A DNA stretch of 64,000 bases from Pelagomonas calceolata. Its lineage: Eukaryota. This document shows, piece by piece, positions 33,902-42,926 of this stretch. Positions within the stretch are counted from its first letter, which is position 1, and the number at the start of each line of letters is the position of its first letter. Location: the NCBI GenBank assembly GCA_918797485.1, contig CAKKNE010000001.1, forward strand, positions 5,766,001 through 5,830,000, in the 5' to 3' direction. A model generated the notes under the pieces. The model saw only the letters and a list, made by a program, of their open reading frames with translations, searched no databases and was not told the DNA's origin. The position numbers and the translations under genes are program-made.

Positions 33902-33925
33902 GCTAGCGGCATGTAAGACACTAGC
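33902..33925 (-). promoter_or_regulatory. Conserved intergenic quasi-palindrome, copy 8 (plus: gctagcggcatgtaagacactagc)
   Basis: Motif match, 88 bp upstream of the minus-strand ATG at 33813. Confidence 0.7.
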
Positions 33926-33997
33926 AAACCAGACACTTTGCGCTTTTTCCCTTCGCTTCCGGATAATTGACCATAGACCCACGTTTCACACAATAAA

Positions 33998-34918
33998 TTA
34001 GGCAACAAACCCCCGCACGAACTCGAAGTCCAGGGCCGCGCCGGCGGCGAGGCGCGCCGTCGGGTCCGGATCCAACAATTCCGCGACGACCTCGCGCGCG
34101 CGCGCGTCGTGCGTGAGCGGCTGCACCTTCAGGACCCGGGCTCGGAAGTGCTCCGCGCCCGCGAGGCCGCCTCTATGCAATTCGCGGACGTCGGCCTCCG
34201 AGGGCCGGCCCGCGGCCATGGCCAGGACGACGAGCCCCGCGGACCAGTTGTCCGCGCTCATATCATCTGAACACCTTCCAGAGAGGACCTCGGGCGCGCT
34301 CCAGAAGCCCGTGATCTCCGCCTCGTTGACCGAGGCGCCGCGCCGCCGCGCCGAGCCCCAGTCGCAGAGCCTCACGTCACACTCCGGCTCGTCATCCTTA
34401 TTTAACTTCCGCCAGCCCCGGTTGCCCCCCTTCTCGACGCGCGTCATGAGTATATTCTCGGGCTTGATATCCCTATGACTGATGCCCTTCGCATGGCACC
34501 AGGCCACCGCGTCGAGCAGTTGCGCCGCCCAGCGCCGCGCGTGGAAGTGGGCCGTTTCCAGTCGATCCGCGAGCGTGCCCCCTGTGATCAGTTCGTAGTA
34601 GACGTAGAGCCGGTCCGGCGCCTCGTGGTAACCTTCACAGGAAACACAGTGGTGCTTGCCGCCCAGCTCCTTTGATATAGCGACCTCCTCCCTAAGAGAA
34701 GCGGCGCGCCGCGGCAGGACGATATTCCTATCCTCATCTATGATCACGCGCTTCAGTAAAACCTTGGCCGCGACCTTCTTCTCATCACGCGTCGCGACGA
34801 AGACGCTCCCGAACGTGCCGCCGCCTACTCTATCGCCTATTTCATAAGGCAGCTCTTCAGAGACGTCCTCGTACACGTCGCCCGTCCCAAACAACTTGTT
34901 CAGGAGCCACAGGATCAT
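33998..34918 (-). CDS. Ser/Thr protein kinase
   Basis: GGGTFGSV, VAAK, HRDIKPEN, DWG (for DFG), APE, DNWSAG. Confidence 0.9.
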   Translation of the reverse strand: MILWLLNKLFGTGDVYEDVSEELPYEIGDRVGGGTFGSVFVATRDEKKVAAKVLLKRVIIDEDRNIVLPRRAASLREEVAISKELGGKHHCVSCEGYHEAPDRLYVYYELITGGTLADRLETAHFHARRWAAQLLDAVAWCHAKGISHRDIKPENILMTRVEKGGNRGWRKLNKDDEPECDVRLCDWGSARRRGASVNEAEITGFWSAPEVLSGRCSDDMSADNWSAGLVVLAMAAGRPSEADVRELHRGGLAGAEHFRARVLKVQPLTHDARAREVVAELLDPDPTARLAAGAALDFEFVRGFVA

Positions 34919-35464
34919 TCCTCGATCGTCCAGCCGAGCGGGTAGTTCGCCTCGGCCTCGGCGCGTTCTATGCGCAACGCGGCTAAAGCAAGCGCCTCGA
35001 ACTCGCCCTCGCTCTCGACGGCGCCCGGCTCTCCCACAAAGCGCGCGAGCGCCCGGAAGAGCAGCGCGAAGTAGGCGCCGAGCGTCGCGAAGAGGGTTTG
35101 CAGCTCCTGCTGCGGCATGCGACGTGCGCCGCGTGCTCCGCGGCTACGCGTCGCTTCGCGCACTGGGCGAGCGTCGTTGTGCTGCGCCGCGCGTCACGGA
35201 GCCGCAGCTGCAGCTGACCCGGCCTGCACTTGTTCGGGCTCGCGGCGTGCGGTTTTGGGAGGCGCGTGCCTCTGTCCAGTGCTGTTTCGATCTATGCTGA
35301 GATTTGCGGCTGCCTTGTCTGCTCTGCAACCACGCGACGGCCTGGTTGCTCGACGCCTCTCAGGTGCTGAGGCTGCAGCTGGCAGAGGCCATAAACTAGC
35401 GCCTAAACCATACAGATTTGGGCTCGCCGCGAATGCGTCATCTAATGGCCAAAATGATCCAGCA

Positions 35465-36256
35465 ATGAGCAGCTTTCGCTTCGACTTTGGCGCCGCTGAT
35501 AATGCCACTGATGCCTCTGGTGCAGTGGCTCCAGCGACAGCGCCAGCACCGGCATCGGAAAACGCCGACGCCGCCAGCGCGACATCGCGCCCAATCACGC
35601 GCATCGCAGCGGTCCAGGCCACGGCCGCCGAAACGCGCGCCGTCGAGGCCGGCGGCGAGCGCTTCGACCTCGCCGTCGCCGAGTCGTCACAAGTTGTTCA
35701 AAAAGGCGTCTACGAGGGCGGGCGGGAGCTCTGGGAGTGCGCGATTGACCTCGTGGAGTGGCTCGCCGCGCACCGGCGACCGAGCGGCACGGTGCTAGAA
35801 TTAGGCTGCGGCCGCGGCCTGCCCGGCCTCTGGTGCCTCAAGCGAGGCGCCCAACAAGTGGTCTTCAGCGACTACGACGCCGACGTGCTGGAGCGCTACA
35901 CTAGAGTTGATGCGGCGCGCGTCGGCGGCCGATGTTACTTCTACGGCGGCGACTGGCGCGGGCTGCCCGCGGCGTTGCGTGGCTTCGGGACGTTCGACCT
36001 GATCCTGAGCGCGGAGACGGCGTACCGCGAGGACACGACGCGTTCTCTGGTGGAATGCATCGCGAAGACGTTATCCGTAAAGGGCGAGGCCGTCGTCGCG
36101 ACGAAGCGCTACTATTTTGGGTGTGGTGGCGGCGTCGCGGCCCTCGAGGCTGAGGTCGGTCGCGTCGATCGCCTCTGTTGTGAAGTGGTGTGGTCGGCCG
36201 AGGACGGGCGGTCGAACGTGCGGGATATTGTGCGCGTGTTCTGGAAGGAAGGGTAA
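35465..36256 (+). CDS. Histidine protein methyltransferase (METTL18/Hpm1-like)
   Basis: KGVYEGG.ELWECAIDL, VLELGCG.GLPG, FDLILSAET.Y, ATKRYYFGCGGG. Confidence 0.88.
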   Translation: MSSFRFDFGAADNATDASGAVAPATAPAPASENADAASATSRPITRIAAVQATAAETRAVEAGGERFDLAVAESSQVVQKGVYEGGRELWECAIDLVEWLAAHRRPSGTVLELGCGRGLPGLWCLKRGAQQVVFSDYDADVLERYTRVDAARVGGRCYFYGGDWRGLPAALRGFGTFDLILSAETAYREDTTRSLVECIAKTLSVKGEAVVATKRYYFGCGGGVAALEAEVGRVDRLCCEVVWSAEDGRSNVRDIVRVFWKEG

Positions 36257-36686
36257 TTGTGTGTGTTTTTTAGTGTTCCCGCCAGTCTACGTGATGCGCA
36301 CCGTGCGCTGGTTCGCTTCGAGCTGTACTCGACTCGCGCGCCGAACACAGTACGGCCCTAGGCCTTCCTTCCTTCGCGCTGGAGTGGTGCTCTGGGCTGT
36401 TCGAAGGGTGCCTGAATGCTTTTCGACGGGGCGACGGGGCGACGAGAATTCTAGTATGTGGTGGCGTGGTCGCGCCAGCATCTCGACGAAATCGCCCGCT
36501 ACGCGCCCACACAGCACGCATTGCTCACCAGGCTTGCTCATCAGCTAGCCAGAGTGTATAGCGCGCCTACATCAGCAAACGCGAGCCAAATCCGTGCGTT
36601 TTTGAGGAATTAGGTGCTGCATCTGTCAGCCTCTCGCATCCTCGTCGCTTACGTCGCTTACGCTCGCTTACGCGCGACAGACTAGC

Positions 36687-36730
36687 CAACAGCTCTAGAA
36701 ACTCGCAACAACAGCTCTAGAAACTCGCAA
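36687..36730 (+). repeat. Perfect 22-bp tandem duplication in the desaturase 5' UTR
   Basis: caacagctctagaaactcgcaa x2, directly before the ATG. Confidence 0.9.
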
Positions 36731-36732
36731 CA

Positions 36733-37989
36733 ATGGGCAAAGGAGGCCAGCAGCCCCCGAAGCAGGAGGACTTCCTCACCTCGTCACGGCCGAGCCGCTG
36801 CGGCAAGCCGCTCATCACCGCTGAGCACGCGACGCTCGTCGCCGCGGTTCTACCGAAGGAGAAACTCCCTACAAAAAAGCAGATCCGCGACTCCATCCCC
36901 CCGGAGTGCTTCGAGCACTCCTACGTGTCGGCGTTCGCCCACGTCATCCGGGACACGGCCGTCGTGGCCATGTTTGCGTTTCTCGCCGCATCTCTCTTGA
37001 GAACGTCGAACATGACTATTGTGGACATTCTCGGCTGGCAGGCCTACGCCTTCTTCCAGGGCGCCGCTCTGACGGGTTGGTGGGTCCTCGCACATGAATG
37101 TGGCCACGGCGGATTCTCCGCGAGCCAGTTCGTCAATGATTGTGTGGGATTAGTGCTCCACAGTGTGTTGCTGGTCCCCTACTACTCGTGGCAGTACTCG
37201 CACGCCAAGCACCACGCGAAGACGAACCATCTGATGGACGGCGAGACGCACAATCCGAACACCCAGGCTGAAATAGAAGAGGCCGGTTATGTGGCCCTGT
37301 TCCACGCCATCGGGGAGGAGGGCTTTGCTGGGTTCCAGCTCTTTGCGCATCTTGTCGTAGGGTGGCCGGCTTACTTAGTGACGAACGCGACTGGAGCTAG
37401 ACGCCTCTACAACCACAAGCCCATCGAGGACAACACGCTGGACCATTTCCGACCCTGGTCGAAGCTCTTCCCGCCGAACTGGGAGCGTCGTATTTATGTT
37501 GGGACTACGTGCTGGATCGCCTGCTTCACTGCTATCTGGGCCGCGACGTACAAGTTTGGGATAATACCAGTAGCCTGCTTCTACTGGGGCCCCTACCTCT
37601 GGGTCAATTTTTGGTTGGTCCTCTACACGTGGCTCCAGCACACGTCGCCAGAAGTCCCTCATTTTGGTGATGACGAATGGACCTGGGTGCGCGGCGCCTT
37701 GTGCACCATCGACCGGCCCTACGCGGAGTTGTTCGGCTTCTTCGACTGGGTGCACCACCACATCGGCTCGACGCACGTCTGCCACCATTTGTTCTCCAAT
37801 TTACCTTGCTACCATGCTGTAGAGGCTACTAAGCACCTGAAGGCCTACCTCAAGCCGTTAGGATTGTACAACTACGACCATGACGGCGTCGTGACGAGCA
37901 TGTGGAAAGCCGCCAAAGAGTGCCAGTACGTCGAGGGCACCGAGGGCATCCACTTCCCGAAGGCCGTCCGCGACCTGAAGAAGGACTAG
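36733..37989 (+). CDS. FAD2: Delta-12/omega-6 fatty acid desaturase
   Basis: His boxes HECGH, HAKHH, HVCHH; LLVPYYSW; GALCTIDRPY. Confidence 0.92.
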   Translation: MGKGGQQPPKQEDFLTSSRPSRCGKPLITAEHATLVAAVLPKEKLPTKKQIRDSIPPECFEHSYVSAFAHVIRDTAVVAMFAFLAASLLRTSNMTIVDILGWQAYAFFQGAALTGWWVLAHECGHGGFSASQFVNDCVGLVLHSVLLVPYYSWQYSHAKHHAKTNHLMDGETHNPNTQAEIEEAGYVALFHAIGEEGFAGFQLFAHLVVGWPAYLVTNATGARRLYNHKPIEDNTLDHFRPWSKLFPPNWERRIYVGTTCWIACFTAIWAATYKFGIIPVACFYWGPYLWVNFWLVLYTWLQHTSPEVPHFGDDEWTWVRGALCTIDRPYAELFGFFDWVHHHIGSTHVCHHLFSNLPCYHAVEATKHLKAYLKPLGLYNYDHDGVVTSMWKAAKECQYVEGTEGIHFPKAVRDLKKD

Positions 37990-38053
37990 TAGTCTTGTCG
38001 CTGGGGGGCGCTAAGTGTCTATTCAATCGTGTCTAGCGTCGGTGGCGTCTAGC

Positions 38054-39229
38054 TTAGGCGTCCCCCGTTGGCGGCGCCGCCTCGCGGGCGCGGAGCGCGG
38101 CTAGCGTGTCTCGTAGGGTTATCCCAAGCGCGGCCCGCGCCTCTTGTTGGGATATCTCAATCCCCGATGCGAGCGGGTGTGTGGCACCGAGGACGCGCCG
38201 CGCGGTCTGATCCAAGTCCTCGAGCGTGTTCACGGCCAGGCGGAGATCGTCGAGCGTGGCGGCGGGGTCCTTGTAGAGCACCATCGCGTAGGTCCACCTT
38301 ATCCTGAGAGTGACGTCATCACTATCTCCGAGGACGCGTCGCGCCACGGGCAATGTTGTGCGCGACACTGATTTGGCTTCTTCGAACCGCTGTAGACCAG
38401 CAAGACATGTCGCGTAGTTTTGGGCTGCTATGATGGTGACTGCATGTTCTTCGCCGTTGCGCCTCAAACGCCCGGCGTATACGTCTCGCCGCATGCGCAG
38501 GGATTCTTCCGCCCGTCCTAGAGATGAATACGTGGTCGCAAGATTGTGCTGCGCGGCGAGCGTGTCGTGTTCTGATGCGCCAATGCGCCGTATCATAGCC
38601 AACTGGGCCTCTTTCACAGACAACTCCTCCTCATGGTGCCCTGCGGCGGATAATCCGCTCCCAAGCTGTTGCATCGCACAACTTCGAAGCCCGTCCGTCT
38701 CCGGCCGGCCAACGTACATCTTCCAGCACGCCCACCCGAGCGCGCAATACACGACGCCGTGGTATCCTTGCTCGCACAAACTACACGTGTGCCACCGCCC
38801 GAACCTCTCACCCAATGCCTTGCCGCCCAACTTATTCTCCACAGCCTCCGCGACCAAAATCTTCGCCTGCTCCGCCAGGCACGACACGTGCACAAAGCCC
38901 TCCGTCGTGTGGCACGCGCACCCGCGCACAAGGCCCTCACCCGTGTGTCGATGGACGGCCTCGGTGCAGATGTAGCACGTCTGGCCCTTCGTGTCCTCCG
39001 CGCACGCCGTCGCCGCGACCGCGACGGCCTCCGAGTACTTCTTATTTGCATTGTACTGCTCGGCGCCGCCTGCTTTCTTTATTTTCTTACAGAGCTGGTC
39101 GTGCCCGCCTTCTTTCCAGTGCTGCACCTGGCAGGCTGCCCCGCAGTAGCGCGTGCTGCAGCGGCCGCATTTCTTGCCCGAGGTTAGCCCAAGCTCGGTG
39201 GCGCAGACAGCGCAGGTTGTAAGGATCAT
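38054..39229 (-). CDS. MYND zinc finger + RING-variant + TPR-like protein
   Basis: CAVC..CGRCSTRYCGAACQVQHW..H..C; CYIC..CAC..HVSC; ARRVLG repeats. Confidence 0.88.
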   Translation of the reverse strand: MILTTCAVCATELGLTSGKKCGRCSTRYCGAACQVQHWKEGGHDQLCKKIKKAGGAEQYNANKKYSEAVAVAATACAEDTKGQTCYICTEAVHRHTGEGLVRGCACHTTEGFVHVSCLAEQAKILVAEAVENKLGGKALGERFGRWHTCSLCEQGYHGVVYCALGWACWKMYVGRPETDGLRSCAMQQLGSGLSAAGHHEEELSVKEAQLAMIRRIGASEHDTLAAQHNLATTYSSLGRAEESLRMRRDVYAGRLRRNGEEHAVTIIAAQNYATCLAGLQRFEEAKSVSRTTLPVARRVLGDSDDVTLRIRWTYAMVLYKDPAATLDDLRLAVNTLEDLDQTARRVLGATHPLASGIEISQQEARAALGITLRDTLAALRAREAAPPTGDA

Positions 39230-39560
39230 GTTCTACTGCTCGGTGGGCGACCTAAGAGGCAGCCCTTTGCAAGGAGCTGAGAGGCTGTGGATCGAGAGGG
39301 CGCCGAACCCGCACGGATAGATAACAAAGGTGCCCTGGGACGGCCGAGCGCTCCCTTCGAAGGGAAGCCAGTCCGCGGCCGGGCCGCCAAAGTGCGGGTT
39401 CGGCGCGATTTTGCGCTGTGCGAGACTTTGGGCAACTAAACGCCGCCCGTGCGTGCGTCTACGGGGTGCCTGCGAGCCGTTCCGAGCTCCCGGTCGAGCC
39501 CTGCGTCGCTCCCGCGCGGCGACGGCGCACAGCTGCCCGACCAGAGGGCTGCCCACGCAG

Positions 39561-40673
39561 ATGCCCAACCAGTTCGGAGGGAGAGCGCTCATCGCCGACT
39601 TGGCCACCGTCGACACGAACGGTAGGTGGCTGCTCGACGACGAGTTCGCCGACTTGGCAAGTGAGGTGCTCGGGCAGCCGTTATCGGCGCGCGATTGCTG
39701 GAGAGCCTGGTTTACGCCTGCCGGAGGTACGTATCCGGACGACTGCGAGTTTACTTTGTTGCGGAGTAGAGTCGGTGATCTAGTGCACGACGATGAAGAG
39801 GAGACGCCGCGGTATGCGTATTGTGTCAACACACAACGCGTCCAACGGACTCTAGACAGCACATGTATCTGCGGTTCTGAACAAGGCGACTACGCGAAGA
39901 AGAAGTGGCCGACACGTGTGGAAGGCGTGGAAGAGGCGAAACACCCTCTACCTTCTTTATCCTCGGATTCTACATATAAACAATCAGCGGGCAGTGCCGC
40001 GGCACACGTGCACCGAGTGCGAAAGCTCATGGAAGAGTTCAGTGTCAGTACGTACGATCCTAACCTAAGAGCCTTACCCGTCGAAAAAAGACCACCTTCC
40101 GGTTTACATAAACTGAAATGCCCGCTCTGGGCCTTTTCACCGCATCAAGTATCACCTATGAAGATGAACTTTCTCATGGGGTTGGTCGATAAGGACGGCG
40201 ACCCCATCAAGAGGGAGCTGAAAGATATCCCATTGGTTGATCGGCCGATGGTGGACGTGTTGGATGAATCATTGTATCCTACTGCAAAGGATGAAGATGA
40301 TATCTTATATGTGCGACCGTCGATCGAAGCTACTACTGCCGCTATAGAAGAGCGACTCAAAAGGACGGCGGGCATGTACTCCATCAACTCCGGGGCGGAC
40401 GCGTCGAGGGTGAGATTCAACGACACCATACAGGATTTAGCACCTACGGCCCACAAGTGGATCGAAGTCGACTCTGAGATTCAACGGAGACGGACAGGAC
40501 GTGAAAATGCGGAGAAGCGGACGAGACGCTTTCACAGAGCAGACGACCCGCCACCGAGAACCGTCGAGGAGATCATGGCCGAGGCCGACGAAGCTAGACA
40601 AACGATCAGTCAACGACGGGACACGCACCAACCGTTAACGGTGATGATGTCGAAGACCATGATAGGTGACTAA
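39561..40673 (+). CDS. Hypothetical protein
   Basis: Globular-looking 370-aa ORF from MPNQFGG; no family recognised. Confidence 0.65.
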   Translation: MPNQFGGRALIADLATVDTNGRWLLDDEFADLASEVLGQPLSARDCWRAWFTPAGGTYPDDCEFTLLRSRVGDLVHDDEEETPRYAYCVNTQRVQRTLDSTCICGSEQGDYAKKKWPTRVEGVEEAKHPLPSLSSDSTYKQSAGSAAAHVHRVRKLMEEFSVSTYDPNLRALPVEKRPPSGLHKLKCPLWAFSPHQVSPMKMNFLMGLVDKDGDPIKRELKDIPLVDRPMVDVLDESLYPTAKDEDDILYVRPSIEATTAAIEERLKRTAGMYSINSGADASRVRFNDTIQDLAPTAHKWIEVDSEIQRRRTGRENAEKRTRRFHRADDPPPRTVEEIMAEADEARQTISQRRDTHQPLTVMMSKTMIGD

Positions 40674-40678
40674 CATAC

Positions 40679-42386
40679 TTATTTCCCTTCGGCGTCCCTT
40701 TTAGCCCTCTCCGCGTTCCGCGCGTCTCGCTCGATCTCAAATCTACGATGATCGGTCCGCTCGAGGAAGTCGCGCTTGGCCAATAACCCCGTGCCGCCCT
40801 TGAGCGAGTCCTCGAGCTTGTGCTTCTCCTTGTACTGGTCCCACTCCTGGGCCGACTTTTCGGTGGCCGTGATCTCTTTTTTGCCCGCGATCAGATCCAA
40901 GACATGGTCCAAGCGGTCGTGGGCCTTCCGTCTCGCCGTGTTCGCGTCACTAGTTTCCCACTTCGTCTTCGTCACTTGCACGGTCTCGCCGCCGAAGCGC
41001 CGCTCCTCGACGACCTTCTGTTTTCGCACGAGGTTCTTGAGGATCTCGTCCTTCGACTTCGGTGGCGGCGCGTGCTTCCGCTCCTCTATGCTACGATCGG
41101 CCCGTCGCACGATGGCCGCAGCACCCTTGGACCCGAAGATTCCAGCTAGAACATCTCGCTTCTTCGGCTTCTTCTTCTTCTTCTTTTTGGAATCGGGGCT
41201 CTTCTTGACCTTCTTCTTCTTCTTCGGCGCCTGTGTTCAAGCAACCAGTGAGCCATGGTTCAGCCGTGGGAAATTTGATTCATGCGCTGCGCGATGCGGG
41301 AGCCATCTCCTCGTCGTCATCACTATCGAACCCTAAGTCGGCCGCAGCCTTGGCCACGAGCTTTTCCCGCTTCGCGGCCGAGACCGCGTCGCGGTACGAC
41401 GGCGCGGCCCGCTCGCGCACACCAAGCTTCCCTTCACTCAACTCCTTGTCGGCGGCGGCGTCCTTGAAGTCGTCGTCACTGTCGTCCTTCGTCGTGTCGC
41501 CCTCGAGCTCCTGCCTTGTGCGCTCCTCGGCGTTCTCGGCCGCGGCCCGTCGACGCCGCTTCCCGCCGACAGGTTGAGCCTTCTCCCTCTCGACACGTTC
41601 CTTCTCCTTCTCCTTCTTTCTCTGTTCAATACGCTTCTCGCGAGCTTTCGCCTCCTTCTGGTCGTCGTCGAAGCCCCAGCCCTCCTCCTCGGACTCGGAC
41701 TCGTCCTCGTCGAAGTCAGAATCAAACACATCTCGCCGCTCGTGCTCCGATTCCGCACTCCCCGAATACTCGTCGTCGTCCTTCTCGTCCTTCCAGAAGT
41801 CGTCGATGTCGTCATCTTCCTGCTGCGCCTGGCGCTCCTTCTCCTGCCGGATCAGAGCCGCCATCGCGCCGCCGGACCTCTGCCTTCTCGAGCGTTGCAG
41901 GACTGCGGCCTGTCTGACCGGTGCGGGCCTCAACGCCTCCATCAAATTCATGCACAAGGCCACGTCGTGCGCCCGCAAAGGCGCCAGGTGCTTGTCCTTC
42001 ATCAAGTCCACGTCCCGCACGCCCCAGGCTACACTTCTACGTAACCACGTTTCCGCATCGTCCAACCTATTACATTGGGCGTGGCAACACGCTAAATTGA
42101 AAGCACAATCAGCTCTCTCTTCAGAAACTTCTTTACTGCCCTCGGTTTTCGCATCTAATTTGAGAGCTCTCTCGAAGCATAGCGTCGCGTCCTTCCACTC
42201 CTCCTCTTCGACGTGGGCCATGCCCTGCTCGCAGATCTCGTCGAATTCTTTGGTTTCTTGCGCCTTTTTTTCTTCGCCCTTGAGCTTCGGTTTCGGCTCG
42301 GGCTCCGGTTTGCTTGGCGCGAAGTCGTCGTCCGAGTCCGCAGGCGCCGGTTTTGATGGAGCGAAGTCATCTTCGGAGTCCGACAT
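40679..42386 (-). CDS. TPR + YL1(Vps72/Swc2)-like + BCNT(Swc5/CFDP1) C-terminal domain protein; exons 42386-41304, 41230-40679
   Basis: TPR helices (AFNLACCHAQ); RSRR..SG..M.ALI...DDDEY...DVFDSDFDEDE; EKSAQEWDQYK...LAKRDFLERTDHRRFEIERDAR. A 73-nt GC-AG intron joins the frames. Confidence 0.7.
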
Positions 42387-42578
42387 CGGCAAGCGTTTGA
42401 CGCCGCCGCGGCGGCGAGAGGCGCGAGCGAGCCGCTGCTGCTTTTGTGAGGCGAAACGCACGCGCAGTGGTGCCGCGCGGCTAGCACCAGTCTGTGATGA
42501 AGCGCTGCTGCGCTGTGCGGCCTGTTGCACGCTCTCTGCTCGACTTAATCGGCCGAGAGCGCGGCTGGCGCGATATTA

Positions 42579-42603
42579 GCTAGCGGCCCTGTAAGGCACT
42601 AGC
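42579..42603 (-). promoter_or_regulatory. Conserved intergenic quasi-palindrome, copy 9 (plus: gctagcggccctgtaaggcactagc)
   Basis: Motif match, 192 bp upstream of the minus-strand ATG at 42386. Confidence 0.7.
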
Positions 42604-42926
42604 CAGGCTTCGGAGGTCTTCAAGGCTCCCAGGGGACGCAGGGTCGTCGTGGCGCGTGACATCACTCCAGGAGGACCTGGTATGATGACGCAAGGATGTT
42701 CCCGGTAAGGCCCGGAGCTCCGTGAATAGCACTGCCCGACGCCCCACGGCGAGGACCGCTCTCCCAGGCCGCACGTCACCCGGGAGACTAGAAAGTACCA
42801 ACGCGGGGCCTTACACCGTCCGGGGCAAGGGCAGCGATGGCGTGGGGTATTGTCAGTCAGTCAGTGGGGTTGGGGCGGTCGAATTTTTGTGTTGTTTTTC
42901 TGTTTTTTTTTTTTTTTTCAGCGTCG

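Noticed and set aside
42604..42860. Possible structured ncRNA (RNase MRP or box C/D snoRNA-like: aaggctcc/ggggcctt pairing, atgatga)
   Set aside because: Conserved boxes are incomplete and GC-rich pairing is expected by chance; would need an Rfam/Infernal hit.
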